The notes under the pieces were generated by a model, which saw nothing but the letters and a program-made list of their open reading frames with translations, was not told the DNA's origin and did not search any database. Below are positions 59,911 to 64,000 of a DNA stretch of 64,000 nucleotides, piece by piece; positions within the stretch are counted from its first letter, which is position 1, and each line of letters opens with the position of its first letter. The DNA comes from a bacterium (GTDB lineage Bacteria; SM23-31): positions 640,001 through 704,000 of the forward strand of contig OZ252239.1 of the NCBI GenBank assembly GCA_965249485.1. The letters run 5' to 3'. The translations under genes were made by a program, and so were the position numbers.

Positions 59911-60210
59911 TCAGGCGAATCCGAGCCGTTTTCTGGCCTCTTCGCTCATTCTTTCAGGTGTCCACGGTGGATCCCAAACGAGATTTATTCGCGCTTCTGC
60001 TACCTCTTCGATACTTTCGACTTTTAACTTCGCGTCCTGAGCTATAGACGCAGCCATACCACATCCCGGTGTCGTCAATGTCATATTGATATCGACAATA
60101 TCATCGTTGATTGCAACATCATATATTAATCCAAGCTCAACGATGCTCATTGGGATTTCCGGATCGAAACACTGACCGAGCGCTTCCATTATCTGTTCTT
60201 TATTTACCAT
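59911..60210 (-). CDS. DUF59/SufT-like Fe-S cluster assembly factor
   Basis: DPEI..SIVELGLIY, TLTTPGC, WDPPWTPERMS. Confidence 0.9.
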   Translation of the reverse strand: MVNKEQIMEALGQCFDPEIPMSIVELGLIYDVAINDDIVDINMTLTTPGCGMAASIAQDAKLKVESIEEVAEARINLVWDPPWTPERMSEEARKRLGFA

Positions 60211-60542
60211 TTTTTCTCCTTAAAATAGTTCCCCTTAATGCATACAAAATAAATGATTTCATTTGCAAATGCAACTGTTTCATTGCAAAACATTACAATA
60301 TGCGGTAATAACATTCCATATTCATTCTTGCTATTGTTCATGTTTTTCAATACATTACACTGCTCTTACCTACTGTAAAATGAGCGATGAAACAAAGAAT
60401 AATGTATGTTGCCCGGCAGATTTTTTTCGGTGATTCCAATAGGAATAGCAGATTGAATTCATGCTGACAACATGAGCATAGATTGGGAATTCTTTGGGAT
60501 GTATTATAACGGGCACCAACTATGAATAAGCACTATTAAACA

Positions 60543-62246
60543 ATGAAAAAAGAGTGGATATTCCCCGAAACGATCGCAGATATTGAAGCAGTCCGGCTGG
60601 CCGAGGAATTAAACATACCGAAAATTGTCGCTGATATACTGGTAAAGCGCAACATCAAAACCGGCAGTGAAGCGAAGCAGTTCTTTAAACCGAAAATGTC
60701 CGACCTCTACGATCCCTTCCTCCTGAAGAATATGAAAACCGCGGTCGACAGAATTCAGGAAGCGTTGATCAACAAAGAAAAAATTCTCATCTACGGTGAT
60801 TACGATGTCGATGGGATTACTTCCTGTTCACTCCTCTATCTCTATTTCAAAGAATTGACCGACCGTGTCGGCTATTTTATTCCTGAGCGGTTGAAAGAGG
60901 GGTATGGATTTTCAGTAAGCGGAGTTGAAGAAGCAAAAAATAAGGATGTCACACTAATTATCACCGTTGACTGTGGCATTACTGCTGTTGATGAAATTGC
61001 ATTGGCGCTGGAATACGGAATAGATGTTATCGTAACCGATCACCATCAGCCCGGCAATGCAATTCCGAAAGCGTTTGCAATTATAAATCCGATGCAGGAA
61101 GACTGTCCCTATCCGTTCAAAGGTCTTGCGGGCGTGGGTGTTGCATTTAAATTGATTCACGCTCTTGACCAGACAATTGGCAGAGATGCAAAACACCTAA
61201 TTAACTATACAGATCTTGTCGCTATTGGCAGTTCGGCAGATGTTGTGCCCCTCGTTGACGAAAACCGCATATTAGTCAGAGCGGGTCTTGAGCGGATAAA
61301 TGAACGGCACAATATAGGATTGAATGCCCTCCTGAGCGTTGCTTCTTTGAATAACAGTTTTATCGGCACTGGTCAGATTTTGTTCGGTATAGCTCCGAGA
61401 ATAAATGCGGTCGGCCGTCTTGGCAATGCAGACAGGGCTGTTGAATTATTTACCGTCAGCGATATGACACAGGCGTATGAAATAGCACAGGTGCTCGAAA
61501 AGGAAAACAAGCTTCGTAAAACGATTGAAGAAGAAACGTTTGAAAGTGCTTTTATGATCGCTGAAAAAGAATTTAATCCAGACTCCAACGAGCCTCTCGT
61601 CCTGTTTCAGAAAGGGTGGCATCCGGGTGTGATCGGCATAATTGCTTCTAGACTAGTCGACCATTTTTTCCGTCCTGTTGTTATGATTGCTGTCGAGGAT
61701 GGTATCGGAAAAGGATCGATACGGAGTGTGCCCGAATTTGATGTGTACAGCGCTCTGGACAGGTGTAGCGAATATCTGAAAGAATTCGGGGGTCACAAAT
61801 TTGCCGCAGGTCTCACTATTGAAGCAGAAAAAATCGATATGTTTAAACAGGCATTTCAGGAAAGTGTGAGCAATACAATAACCGAAGAAGCACTGGTGCC
61901 AAAGCTAAAAATCGATGCCAAAATTTCATTGAATCAAATCGATATGCGACTGCATGAAATTTTGCAGCATTTTGCTCCCTTTGGGCCTCAAAATACTAGG
62001 CCGATTTTTGTTGTTGAAGGTGCACAAGCAGTTAGGATCCCGGCAATCGTTGGTAAAAACCATTTAAAATTTAATGTCAGACACAATAATACCGTTATGC
62101 CGGCTATCGGATTTAAAATGGGTGGCTATATTGAAAGCATCGATGCAGGTGTTCCAAATCTCGAACTAGCTTTTGTCATCGACGAAAACGTCTGGAGAGG
62201 AACATCGACGCTGCAGCTTCAGCTCAAAGATATACGTGTTCACTAA
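60543..62246 (+). CDS. recJ: Single-stranded DNA exonuclease RecJ
   Basis: GDYDVDG, TVDCG, TDHH, PRINA.GR, GS.RS, GGH..AAG. Confidence 0.98.
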   Translation: MKKEWIFPETIADIEAVRLAEELNIPKIVADILVKRNIKTGSEAKQFFKPKMSDLYDPFLLKNMKTAVDRIQEALINKEKILIYGDYDVDGITSCSLLYLYFKELTDRVGYFIPERLKEGYGFSVSGVEEAKNKDVTLIITVDCGITAVDEIALALEYGIDVIVTDHHQPGNAIPKAFAIINPMQEDCPYPFKGLAGVGVAFKLIHALDQTIGRDAKHLINYTDLVAIGSSADVVPLVDENRILVRAGLERINERHNIGLNALLSVASLNNSFIGTGQILFGIAPRINAVGRLGNADRAVELFTVSDMTQAYEIAQVLEKENKLRKTIEEETFESAFMIAEKEFNPDSNEPLVLFQKGWHPGVIGIIASRLVDHFFRPVVMIAVEDGIGKGSIRSVPEFDVYSALDRCSEYLKEFGGHKFAAGLTIEAEKIDMFKQAFQESVSNTITEEALVPKLKIDAKISLNQIDMRLHEILQHFAPFGPQNTRPIFVVEGAQAVRIPAIVGKNHLKFNVRHNNTVMPAIGFKMGGYIESIDAGVPNLELAFVIDENVWRGTSTLQLQLKDIRVH

Positions 62247-62357
62247 TATTTGGAGAATCACTCTTCCGAATCAAACACCAAGTATATTTGTTGCCGTACT
62301 TTATTCATATCGCGGTCAGCACAATTCAATGCTTATAATAATTCGAACACCTTTTCG

Positions 62358-63377
62358 ATGAATACCAACAATTCAAAATTGCATAAATCTACGAAAACTA
62401 TAGATCCCGGGCGTTATTTCAATGAGCTCTCCGAACGTATTAATAACGATTTAGCCGAAGCGGTAAAGGAAGATTTTCCACCGAATCTTTACGATCCTAT
62501 TCGCTATGTACTCGAATCAAGAGGGAAACGATTTCGGCCAGTAGTACTGCTGATGGCGTGTGAAGCTGTGGGTGGCTCAATCGAGCATGCTTATCACGCT
62601 TCTCTTGCAATCGAAATTCTGCATAACTTTACTCTTGTCCACGATGACATTATGGATAATGACGAGCTGCGCCGAGGACAGATGACCGTTCATAAAAAGT
62701 GGGATAGCAATATCGCCATTTTAGCGGGTGACGGACTTATTGCGCTCGCGTACCGTTTTTTGCTCGAAACAGAATCCGACCGGATCAAAAAAGTAATTCA
62801 GATATTCTCTGAAGCAATCATTAATGTTTGTGAAGGACAGTCGATCGATAAAGATTTCGAGCTTGAAAACGATGTGTCGATGGAGGCCTATATCGATATG
62901 ATCACCCGGAAAACAGCGGTGCTGATCTCTATTTCCGCCGAATTAGGAGGTCTGTTGGGTAATGGAACAAACCGAGAAGTGGAATTGCTTAAAAAATTCG
63001 GTTATGAACTAGGTATTGCCTTCCAGATTCAAGACGATCTGCTCGATATTATTTCGGATGAGGTAACATTTGGAAAAGATTTGGGAAGCGATATCACTGA
63101 AGGAAAAAAGACATTTCCGCTTATCGCATTTTCTGAGTGCGCTTCGCTTGAAGACGCCGGTTTTCTCAGAGAGACACTTTCCAACGGCAATGCCGGTGCA
63201 ACTGCAATCGAAAAAATCAAAACACTTCTGCACCATTATAACGTAGTTGAAAAAACACACCAGGAAGTAAATAAACACATCGATGCAGCATGTGCATATC
63301 TAAAAGAAGCGCCAGGATCATTCAAGGTCGAGCATCTCTTCTTTATTGCTGAAATGATCAGAAACAGAACGTTTTAG
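62358..63377 (+). CDS. Polyprenyl diphosphate synthase
   Basis: GKRFRP, LVHDDIMD, RRG, GQ..D, KTA, FQIQDD..D; start uncertain (ATG 62358 preferred over TTG 62250). Confidence 0.93.
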   Translation: MNTNNSKLHKSTKTIDPGRYFNELSERINNDLAEAVKEDFPPNLYDPIRYVLESRGKRFRPVVLLMACEAVGGSIEHAYHASLAIEILHNFTLVHDDIMDNDELRRGQMTVHKKWDSNIAILAGDGLIALAYRFLLETESDRIKKVIQIFSEAIINVCEGQSIDKDFELENDVSMEAYIDMITRKTAVLISISAELGGLLGNGTNREVELLKKFGYELGIAFQIQDDLLDIISDEVTFGKDLGSDITEGKKTFPLIAFSECASLEDAGFLRETLSNGNAGATAIEKIKTLLHHYNVVEKTHQEVNKHIDAACAYLKEAPGSFKVEHLFFIAEMIRNRTF

Positions 63378-63540
63378 ATTCCGCTCTAATCTGTTTAACA
63401 AGCTGCTTCACTTAAATTTTCCCTCAAGTAAAATAATCACCCTCAAAGGGAATTATTTTCCCTTCACAGAGCAAAACAGAATACACAACTCAAATCATAA
63501 AATACGGTTATTATTATAGTTATGGTATCCTTTTGTAATC

Positions 63541-63556
63541 TGGCATGTCCTTTGCC
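63541..63556 (+). promoter_or_regulatory. sigma54 promoter of a small ORF
   Basis: TGGCAT-GTCCT-TTGCC, GG-N10-GC. Confidence 0.7.
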
Positions 63557-63578
63557 TTATTGGTAAGAAAACCAATAA

Positions 63579-63776
63579 ATGGGGACGAGTGGTATGTGCG
63601 ATCATAAAAATATAAAGTATTTAGGAATTCAGAAAACGAAAGAGCGAGGTAAAAAATTATACCTCTATAATTGTCTCAATTGCCATACAACAATAGCACT
63701 CGATAAAAAACAGGTTCCACATCGGAAAGGGAAGCCGAAATCGGTGATTAGTATGCAGCAAGTTATCTACAAATAA
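63579..63776 (+). CDS. Small basic hypothetical protein with CxH...CxxC motif
   Basis: CDH...YNCLNCH; directly downstream of a sigma54 promoter. Confidence 0.6.
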   Translation: MGTSGMCDHKNIKYLGIQKTKERGKKLYLYNCLNCHTTIALDKKQVPHRKGKPKSVISMQQVIYK

Positions 63777-63955
63777 ATGCTTCATCATAAATCTGCATTA
63801 CTCAATTCTCACTCTTTTATTACAAGTCATAGTGTCTTCCAAAAATTCAATTGAATTTGACACAGTATTCTTGTAAGATTAGTCGGTTAAAATTGTCGAT
63901 ACGAATGAATTAATCAGGATTTTCAATAATCTGCTAATCATTTAAAGAATAATTA

Positions 63956-64000
63956 ATGTTACTCGCTTACATTACGCTTGGCGGCCGGATAGTGTTTCTC
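63956..64000 (+). CDS. 5' start of a probable membrane protein (partial)
   Basis: MLLAYITLGGRIVFL open to the window edge; TTGAAT-N17-TAAGAT promoter at 63851-63879. Confidence 0.45.
   Translation, partial: MLLAYITLGGRIVFL

Noticed and set aside
63976..64000. GCTTGGCGGCCGGATAG resembling the 5' end of 5S rRNA or RNase P RNA
   Set aside because: Poor match; better explained as codons of the ORF starting at 63956.

Overview
A 64-kb, moderately AT-rich stretch of bacterial core chromosome that probably contains the replication origin. The host is a Gram-negative flagellated organism; a T9SS/FlgD-type C-terminal domain, a CarboxypepD_reg TonB-dependent receptor and the xerC-hpf-hprK gene order suggest the FCB superphylum (inference only). 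Genes present: yidC(3' end)-mnmE-mnmG-rsmG-murQ-mfd-two SurA/PPIase genes; a Cyc2-like cytochrome-porin fusion interrupted by one in-frame TAG; pyrE; an amidase divergent from a lone flagellin; an assimilatory sulfur operon (sir-cysH-DUF2061-like-cysG); a frameshifted TPR histidine kinase; ddl, aspS, an S8 protease, a transporter and a YycJ-like hydrolase; an oriC-like spacer before dnaN-recF-dciA-gyrB with no dnaA; pyrF, leuS, xerC-hpf-hprK-PTS EIIA/EIIB, topA, pgsA-pgpA-cinA-thpR-recA, rsgA, a UvrD-nuclease fusion, a TonB-dependent receptor, an Nramp-like transporter, an ArsM plus radical SAM pair, a SufT-like protein, recJ and a polyprenyl synthase. I saw no rRNA, tRNA, CRISPR array or transposase. 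The most interesting signals are non-coding. (1) A 30-codon Cys/Met-rich leader peptide, absent from the ORF track, with promoter and intrinsic terminator ahead of the sulfur operon; it looks like a trp-style cysteine attenuator. (2) A strong SD followed by ATG-TAA (start-stop) upstream of the ribosome hibernation factor gene. (3) Four sigma54 promoters, three with a shared GGAA-N5-TTCC-type upstream palindrome. (4) CsrA-type hairpins and a sigma28 promoter on the flagellin. (5) parS sites overlapping the start and stop codons of mnmG. (6) Two separate DnaA-box clusters. All calls were made by eye from motifs; no database search or RNA folding was run.
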